The notes beneath the pieces are model-generated. The model saw only the letters and a program-made list of their open reading frames with translations. It had not been told where the DNA came from and searched no databases. Positions 10,205 to 21,271 of a stretch of 64,000 nt of DNA are shown piece by piece. The first letter of the stretch is position 1; each line of letters starts with the position of its first letter. Source of the DNA: a virus (lineage: Duplodnaviria; Caudoviricetes); IMG/VR virus record IMGVR_UViG_3300021400_001341, positions 44,027 to 108,026 of that record. One strand, 5' to 3'. The translations under genes and the position numbers were made by a program.

Positions 10205-11179
10205 ATGAAATTACAGATTCTTATACCGCAATATAAAGAAACTGATGAAATAATTAAACAATTACTGGATAGTATAGCCATTCAGCAAAATGTTCCATTT
10301 GATCAGATCGGAGTAATTATTTGTAACGATGGAAGCGATATATTTCTGTCAGATGAATTATTGCATAGTTATCCGTTTGTGATTGAATATCATAAAGAAC
10401 CTCACCGGGGAGTATCCGCAACAAGGAACGCTTGTCTTGATTATGCCACAGCTGAATACGTTATGTTCTGTGATGCAGATGATATGTTTTATAACGCATG
10501 TGGATTGTGGATTGTGTTTCGTGAAATGGAAACAGGATTCGATAGCCTTGTGTCTGTATTTACTGAAGAAACACGGCATCCGGAAACAAAAGAAGTCATT
10601 TATACCAATCATGAAATGGATAGCACTTTTGTTCATGGAAAAATTCACCGGCGGCAGTATCTGATCGATAAAGGTATACGTTGGAATGATAAACTTACGA
10701 TCCATGAGGACAGTTATTTTAACATTCTCTGTCAGAATCTTTCTACAAATGTAAAATACTGTCAAACTCCATATTATCTTTGGAAATGGCGTGATGATTC
10801 TGTATGCCGACATGATCCAAAATATATCCTAAAAACTTATCGTAATTTGCTTGATTCCAACGATGCGTTAATCGATGAATTTTTAAGCAGAGGAATTCAG
10901 GATAAAGTTATGTTTTTTACTGCATTTATGATTTTTGACGCATATTATACCATGAACAAGCCGGAATGGATCGATCAGGAAAATCAGGAATATCGAAACA
11001 GTACAGAAAAGCATTTCGCCGTGTGGTATAAAAAGCATGAAGATATTTGGGAAAGCGTTCCGATCAACGACAAGATGATGATCAGTAATCAAGTCCGAAG
11101 CAGATCCGTAATGGAAGGAATGCGAATGGAAGCTGTAACTATTAATGCGTGGCTTAAACATATTAAGGAAATGAATTAA
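10205..11179 (+). CDS. Glycosyltransferase family 2
   Basis: ILIPQY, ICNDGS, GVSATRN, FCDADD (DxD) and HEDSYF motifs. Confidence 0.9.
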   Translation: MKLQILIPQYKETDEIIKQLLDSIAIQQNVPFDQIGVIICNDGSDIFLSDELLHSYPFVIEYHKEPHRGVSATRNACLDYATAEYVMFCDADDMFYNACGLWIVFREMETGFDSLVSVFTEETRHPETKEVIYTNHEMDSTFVHGKIHRRQYLIDKGIRWNDKLTIHEDSYFNILCQNLSTNVKYCQTPYYLWKWRDDSVCRHDPKYILKTYRNLLDSNDALIDEFLSRGIQDKVMFFTAFMIFDAYYTMNKPEWIDQENQEYRNSTEKHFAVWYKKHEDIWESVPINDKMMISNQVRSRSVMEGMRMEAVTINAWLKHIKEMN

Positions 11180-11208
11180 AGAACACTTTCTAAAGGTGGT
11201 GATGTGAA

Positions 11209-11358
11209 ATGATTGGAGAAGGAGTGTCTCCGCTTACGATAGATAGTCCCGACGCGGACTGCCCTGCACAAGCGTTTGCGTGTAATTGGTGTCCGTTTAG
11301 GGACTACTGCGAAAAGAAACTTAAAGAACACTTTAAGTGTATATCAGTGTGTATCTGA
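11209..11358 (+). CDS. Small Cys-rich protein (49 aa; not in ORF track)
   Basis: RBS AAGGTGGTGA; MIGEGVSPLTIDSPDADCPAQAFACNWCPFRDYC. Confidence 0.4.
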   Translation: MIGEGVSPLTIDSPDADCPAQAFACNWCPFRDYCEKKLKEHFKCISVCI

Positions 11359-11416
11359 ACACACGCCGGGAGAGATGCCAGTATCGTTCCCGGTTTCCTT
11401 TTGAGGTGGTGAAACG

Positions 11417-11509
11417 ATGATATCCGCATGGTGGCTAATCCCGGCGGTGATGATCGGTGCTTCTGTTGGAATCCTGCTTGTTGCACTGATCACAGCTAAC
11501 AAGGAATGA
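11417..11509 (+). CDS. 30-aa single-transmembrane peptide
   Basis: RBS GAGGTGGTGA; MISAWWLIPAVMIGASVGILLVALITANKE. Confidence 0.6.
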   Translation: MISAWWLIPAVMIGASVGILLVALITANKE

Positions 11510-11845
11510 CAACGAGCAATGTCGGTTTGCCAGATTAAAAAAGCGATGGCTGGCTGTAATTGGGGCGTACTCCATCCGATTTAAGAACACTAAGGAATGA
11601 TATGTTTATAGTTATAAACGCCAAAACAAATCATATAACAAATCTCTTTTCAGAAGAGAGTACTAACTCAGAACTTGTTATATAAATTAATCCAGACGCA
11701 ACAGACAATCTTAATTTTGAGAACAACAGCGAGTCTATTATAGATAAAGATAGTGATTTGACGATTAGTATCCCTCGGGATTGTGCTTGCGCTTTATGCA
11801 ACGCGCTGAAGTTCTCACTCAATATTTAAAAAGGAGTGATTCCCC

Positions 11846-12427
11846 GTGGGAGAAGTTACCAAAGTTGTCGGTCAATGGATCGCCGACAACGTACCTTGGG
11901 CTGTACTTATCTGCGTATTTATCTTTTGTCTTTTCTTTGAGATTTCCAAAATCAAAGTCTATCCGTTAAGGTGGCTCTGGAAAGCAATTTCCTGGCCATT
12001 CCGAAAAATTGACGAACAGAGAACAGGGTCGTTTAAGAACCTTGTAGCTGAACTGAAAACTGACATCGATAAAAAAATGAGAGAAATGCGCGAAGACAGT
12101 GTGTCAAACTGTGCGTCTGTCAAAGCGTGTTTCGTTGAGTTAGAAAAGCGTTTCGACAAACTTGACGATAAGCAAGTGGAAACAGAAGAGCGGCTTGATA
12201 TGCTTGCAGCCGCACGTATCAAGAATCATGTTTTGAATTTTGCCAGGCAATGCCGAAAAAATGAACATCATTCTCATGAGGATTTTGCCAATCTTTTCAA
12301 AGAGAATAAAGATTATGAAAAGCTAGTCCGTAAATATGGCTGGGATAACGACGTTTATAAACATGATTTTGCTTACATTAAACGCGTTTACGATGAGTGT
12401 AACGACAGAGGCGAATTCTTGGAATGA
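11846..12427 (+). CDS. Membrane-anchored coiled-coil protein of lysis region
   Basis: N-terminal TM helix; RBS AAGGAG. Confidence 0.6.
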   Translation: MGEVTKVVGQWIADNVPWAVLICVFIFCLFFEISKIKVYPLRWLWKAISWPFRKIDEQRTGSFKNLVAELKTDIDKKMREMREDSVSNCASVKACFVELEKRFDKLDDKQVETEERLDMLAAARIKNHVLNFARQCRKNEHHSHEDFANLFKENKDYEKLVRKYGWDNDVYKHDFAYIKRVYDECNDRGEFLE

Positions 12428-12436
12428 GGTGATCGC

Positions 12437-12778
12437 ATGACTAATTGTCGGATTGATCCGAGAAAACAGTTTAGCAAGCGATTAGCCAGATGGACCGCTA
12501 TATTTTGGTTTTTCTATATGACGTGGCTTTCGGTGATCATGATTATCTCGCCAACAGCCGCGCTTTATTCTGTTTACATGGGGATTATTGTAACGGCCGT
12601 AATGATTCTAAATGTATGGGCTTATACAAGAAACAGCATCTACGAGAAGAGCGTGTTCGCTATGCTGGATAAAACAAAGCTAGAACTCAGTTTAAAGGAT
12701 TCTGCAGAGACCAATGTTGGCACACGCACAAACAACGAAGAAGAAGAACAATCAGACGAAGAAGGTGGTAACGGATGA
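12437..12778 (+). CDS. Two-TM membrane protein (holin-like)
   Basis: Two hydrophobic helices, acidic tail, directly before endolysin. Confidence 0.55.
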   Translation: MTNCRIDPRKQFSKRLARWTAIFWFFYMTWLSVIMIISPTAALYSVYMGIIVTAVMILNVWAYTRNSIYEKSVFAMLDKTKLELSLKDSAETNVGTRTNNEEEEQSDEEGGNG

Positions 12779-13500
12779 CTTATCCTGAAGTTGTTAGAAG
12801 ATTTCTGGAAAAAGTGCTTGCTATCTTTAATTCCAACCCGAAGCGTCGTGAACCTGGCGATGGATCAGACGGGTATTGTGACTGTATTGGATTAATTATT
12901 GGGGCCATTCGTAGAATGGGCCTTAAATGGACAGGCATTCATGGCTCAAACTGGGCCGCCAGAAAAGAGATTGTTGGTCTTGAAAAGTGTACAAGCGTTA
13001 ATCAGCTTGAACTTGGAGACATTATTCTCAAAGGGTGCAGCCAGGGAACAAAAGGCTGGGCTTTGCCTTCGAGATATAAAAAAGGCGGCAAATATTACAA
13101 TGGCGATCTTACTGATTATTATCATGCCGGCGTTGTATATAGCCTTAATCCATTTCAAATCAGACACATGTCCAGCAGAATGACCGTTGATACGAAGCTT
13201 GGTAATTGGAATTATCACGGCAAATCTAGGCAGCTTGTAAACGCAGCAACAGAAGTTATGCCTACTCCTATTCCTACTTCTGGCACACAGGCTGTTCTCG
13301 TGGCTCCTTCCGGCAGAACAGTTAATCTTCGTAGAACTCCCAGTCTTAAAGGAGCTCTAATTAAACAAATTCCTCTTGGTACTATAATTAACATCATTTC
13401 TCCCGGTGAGGAATGGTGCAAGGTTTCCTATTCTAAATGGACTGGTTATATGATGGCTAAATTCCTCGATATTGTTGGAGACGGAAAAGGTAATTATTGA
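12775..13500 (+). CDS. Endolysin (NlpC/P60-like amidase plus SH3b)
   Basis: CDCIGLI catalytic Cys, YYHAGV His, C-terminal VNLR..PS..W.KV..GYM SH3. Confidence 0.75.
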   Translation: MTYPEVVRRFLEKVLAIFNSNPKRREPGDGSDGYCDCIGLIIGAIRRMGLKWTGIHGSNWAARKEIVGLEKCTSVNQLELGDIILKGCSQGTKGWALPSRYKKGGKYYNGDLTDYYHAGVVYSLNPFQIRHMSSRMTVDTKLGNWNYHGKSRQLVNAATEVMPTPIPTSGTQAVLVAPSGRTVNLRRTPSLKGALIKQIPLGTIINIISPGEEWCKVSYSKWTGYMMAKFLDIVGDGKGNY

Positions 13501-13514
13501 AAGGAGATTTTTTT

Positions 13515-13844
13515 ATGACTATCGATTTAACTCAAATTATTTTAGCTGTTATCACTCTTTTATTTGGTTTGCTCATGAGGTATGTTATCCCGAATGTTAA
13601 AGCTAAGACCACTACTGATCAGATGGAGTTGATTCGAGCCGCTGTGAAAACTGCTGTATATGCAGTTGAACAGCTTTATAAGTCTAAGCCCGGACAGGAA
13701 AAGAAGCAGCTTGTAATCGACTTCTTAAAAGAACAGGGCTATATTGTCGACGATGAAAAAATTGAAACAAGCATTTCGTTCATGATTGAAGAGATTGTTA
13801 AAGAGCTTAACATCGAACAAAAAGAACATACGGAGCAGAAATAA
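13515..13844 (+). CDS. Holin, LL-H family
   Basis: N-terminal TM; AVYAVEQL...GQEKK motif. Confidence 0.8.
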   Translation: MTIDLTQIILAVITLLFGLLMRYVIPNVKAKTTTDQMELIRAAVKTAVYAVEQLYKSKPGQEKKQLVIDFLKEQGYIVDDEKIETSISFMIEEIVKELNIEQKEHTEQK

Positions 13845-14530
13845 TGAGTGAGAAGATTATTTGGGATTATCTGATGAGTAAGATCGGCAACCCTTATGGG
13901 GTTGCCGGTCTGATGGGAAATCTTTATGTCGAAAGCAGGTTAAGCTCAACCTGTTTACAGAGCTCATATGCTAAGAAACTTGGTATGACAGGCGACGAAT
14001 ACACGAGAAAAGTTGACGACAAGTCTTACGCAAATTTCGTGAATGACGCTGCTGGATATGGGCTAGCTCAATGGACTCATTCCAGTCGTAAACAGTTGCT
14101 GTTAAACTTCGCTCAGCAAAGAGGATCTTCTATCGGAGATCTGAACATGCAGCTGGACTATCTTTGGCAGGAGATTCAGACGTATACGACAGTTATCAAC
14201 ACTCTGAAGTCTGCTAAAAGCGTAAGAGAGGCTTCTGACATTGTCGTTAAAAGGTATGAAAAGCCTAAACATCAGGAAGAATCATATCTGAAAAACAGGG
14301 CAGATTTTGGTCAGAAGTATTACGCGAAGTTCACGGCAAAAGGAAAGTTGGTTCATCCAACTACAGACAGAGTGAATGTTCGAGTTGGCAACGGCCTGAA
14401 ATATCGTAGGATTTTACAAGCTAATAAAATTGATTCCTTTGAATATGTCGGCACTATCGGCAACTGGCACGCAATCGTCGTTAATGATCAAGTCGGATGG
14501 ATCAGCGCTGACTTTACTAAGGTGGAATAA
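13844..14530 (+). CDS. Phage lysozyme-2-type muramidase plus SH3
   Basis: GVAGLMGNLYVES, GYGLAQWT, QLDYLWQE, YEKP. Confidence 0.85.
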   Translation: MSEKIIWDYLMSKIGNPYGVAGLMGNLYVESRLSSTCLQSSYAKKLGMTGDEYTRKVDDKSYANFVNDAAGYGLAQWTHSSRKQLLLNFAQQRGSSIGDLNMQLDYLWQEIQTYTTVINTLKSAKSVREASDIVVKRYEKPKHQEESYLKNRADFGQKYYAKFTAKGKLVHPTTDRVNVRVGNGLKYRRILQANKIDSFEYVGTIGNWHAIVVNDQVGWISADFTKVE

Positions 14531-14570
14531 AAAAGGGGTGACCTCTCTTCTGAGGTCACCCCAATTTTTT
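14529..14570. terminator. Bidirectional intrinsic terminator between convergent late and HU units
   Basis: A-run, GGGGTGACCTC/GAGGTCACCCC stem, T-run. Confidence 0.85.
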
Positions 14571-14634
14571 TCGCAATCGGAACTGCTCCGCCTTTTAATG
14601 GCGGAGCGTTCCTCTTATCAACCGGCACAAAATC

Positions 14635-14901
14635 TTACTTAACAGCTTTCTTAAACGCTTTGCCCGGCTTAAACGCGGGCACATTATGAGCGGCAATCTT
14701 CAGTGTCGCTCCGGTCTGCGGATTTCTGGCGTCACGAGCAGCCCTCTCACGGGCTTCAAACGTGCCAAACCCAACCAGCTGTACGTTGTCTCCATTCGCT
14801 ACAGCTTCCTTGACGGTTTCAATAAATGCGTTCAGAACTTTCTCGGCTTTCTTTTCGCCAGACTTTTCGATAAGCTTTTCAACCAATTCCTTCTTGTTCA
14901 T
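14635..14901 (-). CDS. hup: HU family DNA-binding protein
   Basis: [36 protein letters not shown]. Confidence 0.95.
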   Translation of the reverse strand: MNKKELVEKLIEKSGEKKAEKVLNAFIETVKEAVANGDNVQLVGFGTFEARERAARDARNPQTGATLKIAAHNVPAFKPGKAFKKAVK

Positions 14902-17007
14902 TTCCTTCTATCCTTTCGTTGTCGTTGCCGGTTGATCTATTCAAAGGACACGATTCCGTGTCTCTGAATAACGCCATTGAAAACAGGCCTTCATGCGACA
15001 GCCTGTTAATAATGTTACGTTCGCAGGACATGTTGCTGCATTCGTTTCCGCACCAGGTTATATCATCATGAATCCAGCCACTCAAACTTGTCATAATCGC
15101 ACATCTCCAGTTTGCCATTCTTTAACACATACCACACGCAATACGAATCAACATCTTCAATAATGTCGCGTTCTGTAAATTTGAGCCGATGTTTCATGAA
15201 AGATTGTGTAACAGCGGATGCTACCAGCTGTTTGAATCTTTTTGATTCATCTAAGTCTGCCATATAACTCATGGCTATCTTTCGTATTGTCGTTTTGTCT
15301 TTTTTCACAGTTGGAATTATGTGGACGTTGCCACATCCTTTGCATTGATTCATATCGTAAGGATCGAAATAACCGCATTCATAAACTTCATCGCAGAACG
15401 GGCATTTAAAGACGGGCTTGTGTGCTTTGCTCCATTTGGCCGGCACTCTGATCCAGTCAGACATATGGATCTTCCTTCCATGGTGTATTGTTCATTTCTT
15501 TTTCAGTTGGCATTTCGTTCCACACCCTATAGTTCCAGTTATAGTCCGGACATTCGTCTTCGTCACACTCTTCCATAAGAAGATAATGTTTTCCGTTAGT
15601 AAAATCTAGTCCATTGAATTGTAATGTATAGATTTTATGTTTAAGATGCCGCACTTCTTCAAATACAAACTGTTTAGGCTGAACCGTTTTCAGCTCTTTG
15701 TATGTCATAACATGCGCCATAGCGTGTCATCTCCCTTGTTTATGCGCCATCAGCACAGTAATGGTTTTCCGGTCTTGCAAACCTATGTAGGTTGCACCAA
15801 ACCATTCTTTTATCTAAAATCTCTTTATTACAATATTTACAATCTTTGCATTTTATAATCTCTTTTAACGGACACCAGTTCGGTCGCTGCTCAGTCATCC
15901 AGATTTTATCTTGGTAATACATATACCGGCCATCCGGCAGACATCTAAAACAGTCTTTACCGTTATATACTTTCAGAAAGTTGCATTCCGCACAGCACTT
16001 TGGCATTTCCATGTTTATTTGAATCACTTTTGTTTCACCGTCTTTCTCCGTCGGCACAATACCAGTCAGCGATTGTGAATATATGATTTATTGCGCAGTG
16101 TCCATTGTGCTCTTTGTTCCAGTATTTGCATTTCAGGCACCTGACAATCGCTTCTTGCTTTTTCAGCAGGGCGTTAATCGCCATGTTCAATGCTTTTCGA
16201 TATTGTCCGCTCAGGTAGTCGTGGTGAATTTTCATGTCGTTGCGGATCATTTCAGCTGCTTCATTGTTTGTTATTCCAATTTCACCAGTCTTCCTGCTTT
16301 CTGTTGTCGTAATGAAGAGCAATAGGCATTTCAATACCGTCAAATATTTCTCCGCAGTTAGGACAGCTAAATGGTACAATTGTTTCCTTACTGATAAATT
16401 TCGAACCATGCTTTTCTATGTCTTTTGAGTAGTTAATGACACTAAATATTTGATTGCCACATTTACTGCATATTGGCTTGAAATGTATTTTTGGCATTTT
16501 CAATCTTCTCATCGTTGCTTGATTCTTTTCTGTGTTGGCAAAACAGAGAACATCCACAGCATGGCAATCCGGTTACTCCGCACACATATTCATTGAACAT
16601 TTTACTCACCTTTTACTTCGTAATACAGTAATTTTCTTCTTCAATCATTTCTATATAACGATTCCCATCCTCAATAAGTTCCTGCTCAAGTTTATTTGAT
16701 TCAGCTATATCCTGTTGCAAGCCTTTTCCGTAGCAATCATTCAAATCTCCAAACAAATTAGTTCCACCGACCTTTCTATACATCCTTAAACATTCTGCTG
16801 AGCAATGTATCATTTTCGTGACCTCACGAAAATGTTCAGCAATGGTACGAGGTTGGGCATAGGCCCATTCCCATGCCCGTATCCTCTATCACACAGGTGG
16901 TTTTCAGTAGCCGGATATACTTTCACCCTTTATCACCGGACTGACCATCCGTTACTTCATAATACAGCAATTTTAAACAACACGGTTACCGATATATGTT
17001 AATACTA

Positions 17008-17059
17008 TGGACAGCACCGGAGTCGAACCGGTCCACCGTAAGTCACCTCTACGCCGCCC
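17008..17059 (-). ncRNA. Minimal tRNA-like element (acceptor plus T arm only)
   Basis: GGGCGGC/GCTGTCC stem, ACCGG-TTCGACT-CCGGT T arm, only 20 nt between them. Confidence 0.45.
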
Positions 17060-17857
17060 GATAATATCCGGCATATATCAGCTAAATTATGTGTTCTTTA
17101 AGTTACTTCCATGCTCTGTTTCCGATTACAGCCTGTGCTTCTTCATAGCATAAGTGATTGAACCATTTCCATTGACTAAATGTTTGATTAATACGCTTAT
17201 GTCGAATGATAAAACGCAAGATGTTTCTAATAAATCGATGCATCGTTTCCCCTCGTTTGTGTTCTTTAATCCGTTTCATCTGCGGCCTTATTTTGCTTTT
17301 CCCTTGTGGCTTCGCAAATATAAGGCGGCTCACAGATTTCCCAGTACGGGCAATCATGGCAAATTGGCCACATATCATCAATGTTATTCATTATTACTCC
17401 ATGTGTTCTTTAACTAATATGGCTACGGGGTAGGATTTTCCTACATACTGACATGGTTTTTTGTTAGCGTCCTTGTCTCCCGGTCTTTGGTTGGGAGCAG
17501 TTAAACGACCCGTATATGTTACTTAAGCTATTTGGTGGCGAGTGCCTGTACCGTCACCGCTCAGTATTGTTCACAACTTCTTCTCTTTAACTGCTGAGTT
17601 TTCTACAAGTTCAAATTTGCTTGTATACTGCACTCCGCAAAAATCACATTTGCCCTCGCCGTACTTCAGTGTAACTGTTCCACCGCATTTTGGACATACG
17701 ATTGGCTTGACCGCAATAATATTGGCCTGCAATGCATATGTTTTACCGTTAACCGATATGGAGTGAATAAACCCGTCAACTTTTCGCTCGTTACCTTTTT
17801 CATCAACGATAGTTGGCATAATATCACCCTTTCAAACAAATTGTCACATCAAAGTCT

Positions 17858-18040
17858 ATAAGCGGGTGAGGATTTGCACCTCACATACGGGCTTTATTCT
17901 CCACAGTTCCGAGTTTTTACGTCCTCTACGACTGGAGCCGCTTTTTCGGCGCGTAGTCTCAACTCTCGCATGCCCGCCAACCGTCTACTGCTGCATCCCT
18001 GTGGATTTGTATTTTTGCCTACCTATTCCACCACCGCTTA
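17858..18040 (-). ncRNA. tRNA-Leu-like RNA with large insertion replacing the anticodon arm
   Basis: TAAGCGG/CCGCTTA stem, GGAATAGGTAG D-loop, GTGAGG-TGCAAAT-CCTCAC T arm. Confidence 0.5.
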
Positions 18041-18057
18041 TCATTATTTACTGAACG

Positions 18058-18624
18058 TCAGTCATTGTTTTCTTCTGGCGGTTTGATCGTGGCGTAAATA
18101 TCACAATAGGTGGAATCAAAGGCATCATCAATCCTGCAGATGAACCATGGCTGATCTTTCACCTCGTTACAGTAATACGGCCAGTTTCCGCCGCCGATTC
18201 TTGCATGGATATAAAGAACGTCAGGCCTGCCGCAATAACGATTGAATAATTCAAGCTGTTCACGATTACGCCGATAAGCAGTTTTAATAACATACTTGAA
18301 CTTCTTGCGCTTTTTACCATGAATACGATCCCATCTGACTCCGATAGGTGTGAAATGATCTGTGTCATACTTCAGGTACTTTCGCTTGATTCGACGGGTT
18401 CTGTCTGAACATTCGAAACAGTAGGCGTTGATCCGAAAGTCTGATTCACAGAGAGCTTCACATTCTTGCAGGCCCAATTGATTGGCAGATTCTGAAATAT
18501 CGTCTGCAGAAATTGCTTTTTCCTGACTCATCAGCCTAAGTCCGCGCAGTCTTGGAACTGTGATTCCGTTGTCTACCAGGATTTTGTCAAGATTTTCAAT
18601 TTGTGCGTAGGCTCCCAAATCCAT
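18058..18624 (-). CDS. Hypothetical phage protein
   Basis: RBS AAGGAG; 188-aa ORF. Confidence 0.7.
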   Translation of the reverse strand: MDLGAYAQIENLDKILVDNGITVPRLRGLRLMSQEKAISADDISESANQLGLQECEALCESDFRINAYCFECSDRTRRIKRKYLKYDTDHFTPIGVRWDRIHGKKRKKFKYVIKTAYRRNREQLELFNRYCGRPDVLYIHARIGGGNWPYYCNEVKDQPWFICRIDDAFDSTYCDIYATIKPPEENND

Positions 18625-18658
18625 AATATTTTCTCCTTTTTAAGATGTGTTTGATTGA

Positions 18659-18808
18659 TTGAGCGGGTGAGGATTTGCACCTCACATGACAGCCTTTACC
18701 AAGATCGCGGGTCGCATGAGCCATAGCTCCTTCTTCTCTCGGAGTAACGTTACCTCTCCGATGGTAGCTGTCTCCCGGTAGCACGTCTACCTTTTCCGTC
18801 ACCTCTCG
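18659..18808 (-). ncRNA. Second tRNA-Leu-like RNA with a different insertion
   Basis: 26-nt identity with 17861-17886; ACGGAAAAGGTAGACGT D arm. Confidence 0.5.
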
Positions 18809-20548
18809 TTATACAGTAATTTAATAGCATCACTTTTTCTGCGTTTCTCGTGCTTCAAAACACGAGTTACAAGCTCTTGCATCCATTTCACAATCCCACT
18901 TGTCACAGTAATTGTAATACCAATGGTAATGTATGCAATCGTCACAACTCATTTTGTATTCACCTCCGAAACAGCTAGTAAAACAGCAATCTTAATTGTC
19001 TGTTTTTCGCCTATCTACATAGTCTCCGATATTCACGGAATTATAATAATCTTCCGTAACATTCCACCATTCTTTTCCATCTTCGTTCTCGACAAGAATG
19101 CTCCATGAATCAGAATGTGATATCCATCGTGGAATAATCTGTGTATGTTTATTCTGTATCATTATAATAGGTTGATATGTTCGATGTGCTGGAACAAACG
19201 ATTTGTTTTTAACTGTTCCGTTATTTATATGGGTGCAACCTGTCAGACAAACCATCATGGCAAATAGGAGTGCCACAATTATGATGCGTTTCATACTATG
19301 TTGTCGCCTTCTTCCTTGGCTAGTATCTGCATTTTCCATTTTCCATCTTTGATTCCCATTTCAATTAACGGGCACCATTCTGGTCTCTTTGTAAAAGGAT
19401 CATCTATTTCATCATCGTAAAAACTTTTATGATTGATTCCACAGTTTACATAATCATTGTTACATGGGCAATCTGAACGATTCTTAGGCATAGGAATATC
19501 AATTATTATCATCCCATTTCACAGGCTTCCCACACTCATGGCAAAACTTGTCATTCGGATTGATCGCTGTTTTGCAGTTCCCACAGACATTCCACCATGT
19601 GGTACCGCCGCCGGAATGTTCACGCTCCGGTTTTACTGCTTCCTGCTCTTTTAGCGGACACCATTCCGGTCTTTTCTTGTCATCCGTATTTCCGCAGAAA
19701 TTGTCTGGCATTGCTTTACAAAAATCGTATTCCGTATTAAATCGGCACTCATCGCAATTGTCCGGCATGTCTATATCAATCATAATCATTTCACTTCACC
19801 GACCTTCCACTTCATCATCCATTTTTGCACCGCAATGTCCGCAAAACTGTGACAGTTTCTTTTTCATCGGATATCTGTCGAACATCTTAGTATGGCATTC
19901 AGAACAGTAAACCCCTTCGTTTGCACAAAATTGCAAGTAAATCCAATGCCCGGTCTTTGGTTCAACCGCTTTCTGCTCTTTCAGCAGAGCAAGGGTATCC
20001 TCGATCATCTGTCCCATGCAGTATTCAGGTTCACTTATCGCTCTGAACTCCATGCCTTTACAGAGTTCATACGGATTGCTGTCCCTAAATATTTCCCATG
20101 CTTCGATGAGCCTGTCAATATCATGCATTTCGCTTCACCGCCTTACAGCACACTTTGGGCAATCAATTTCAGGTTTATTTTTGTTTCCAAACGGCTTACA
20201 TATGGTATAGCCACATACCGGGCATTTCCACATCCATTGTTCAATCATTCTTCGTCTATCTTCGCTATGCACCTTGGTATATCCATCATATTTCCATTCA
20301 GTCATTCCACTTCACCTCTTGTCCACATTCAAAGCAGAACCTTCCTTTTAAAACCGCATTACATTTCGGACATCTCCTGTTCAGGAAACTGTCCACAACC
20401 GGCTCAAGTGGCTCCTGCTTCTTCATGTATTTAACCGCATGTATAAGATAGCCTACATGAACGCGGACAAGAATCTTATCCATATTCTCATCAATTATTT
20501 TTTGTATATTATCAATGCATTCTTTACGTGTCATCCAACGTCACCACC

Positions 20549-20821
20549 TTAAAGTGTTCCTAATATAAATTGAATAGCATTGATTTTTTCTTCTTTTGAC
20601 ATAGTTGATACTATTTCTTCTATTCTTCGCCTGTCTTTTGCTTCAGCGTCTGTAACTTCTCCAAGGAAATGTGTGATGGCATCTTCGTGCTTTGATGGAA
20701 TTTTTGATACGCCGGAAAGCCACTTTGAAATCATGCTTCTCGAAACGCCAATACGATCTGCTAATTCAGAAGGTTTTATCCCTTTCAACACTAAGGAATA
20801 TCGCAAGTCTTTACTTGTCAT
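20549..20821 (-). CDS. XRE-family helix-turn-helix regulator
   Basis: ELADRIGVSRSMISKWLSG. Confidence 0.85.
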   Translation of the reverse strand: MTSKDLRYSLVLKGIKPSELADRIGVSRSMISKWLSGVSKIPSKHEDAITHFLGEVTDAEAKDRRRIEEIVSTMSKEEKINAIQFILGTL

Positions 20822-21217
20822 TCCACATCACCGCCTGCCCGCAATATCCGCACCAATGCGGATATGTATCGTTCCACATTACAATGCCACACTTCGGACA
20901 GTGCCCGCGTTTGATGCTGAATATTTGTTCCGTTACTTCAACATGCTTCGGTTCATGCATTTTCAGTAGTTCCTCCGCCATTTCTTTAGCCCATGGATCA
21001 ACGTCCATTGCTGTTTTTATGTGGTCAATCAGGGATTGTATTGGTACTTTCCATTTATACATAGTAGAACCATCCTTTTTCAATAGTCTCGTTCCGCTTG
21101 GCGGCATTCTCTATCCAAGCTCTTCTACTCGCAAGCGTTACTCGCCTGTGTTTTCATCGTGTGACCACGCCCTCGCGTATCCAGTGGGGAGACTGTTATT
21201 TGAATTGTTGTACGAGA

Positions 21218-21247
21218 TTGACATTTCTATTTTTCTTCCACTATAAT
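21218..21247 (+). promoter_or_regulatory. Consensus sigma-A promoter for integrase
   Basis: TTGACA-N18-TATAAT, followed by RBS AAGGAG and ATG at 21272. Confidence 0.8.
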
Positions 21248-21271
21248 CTCTCTTTAAAGGAGAGTGTTTAT

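Larger units (their letters stand above)
14879..21107 (-). other. Cluster of about 20 small accessory ORFs, many with CxxC Zn-ribbon motifs
   Basis: Overlapping ATGA-coupled ORFs with shared segments (RPxWCPL, KxQEA/EP, CxxCG). Confidence 0.7.

Noticed and set aside
17445-17567. Fifth retron ncRNA (AUACUGA-G ... G-UCAGUAU stem)
   Set aside because: Has a G/G junction but lacks the AU/AG-AU context, the triloop hairpin and a long msd hairpin; it may be another structured RNA.
21098-21271. N-terminal extension of the integrase given by the ORF track
   Set aside because: The promoter and RBS lie inside it; the true start is ATG 21272.
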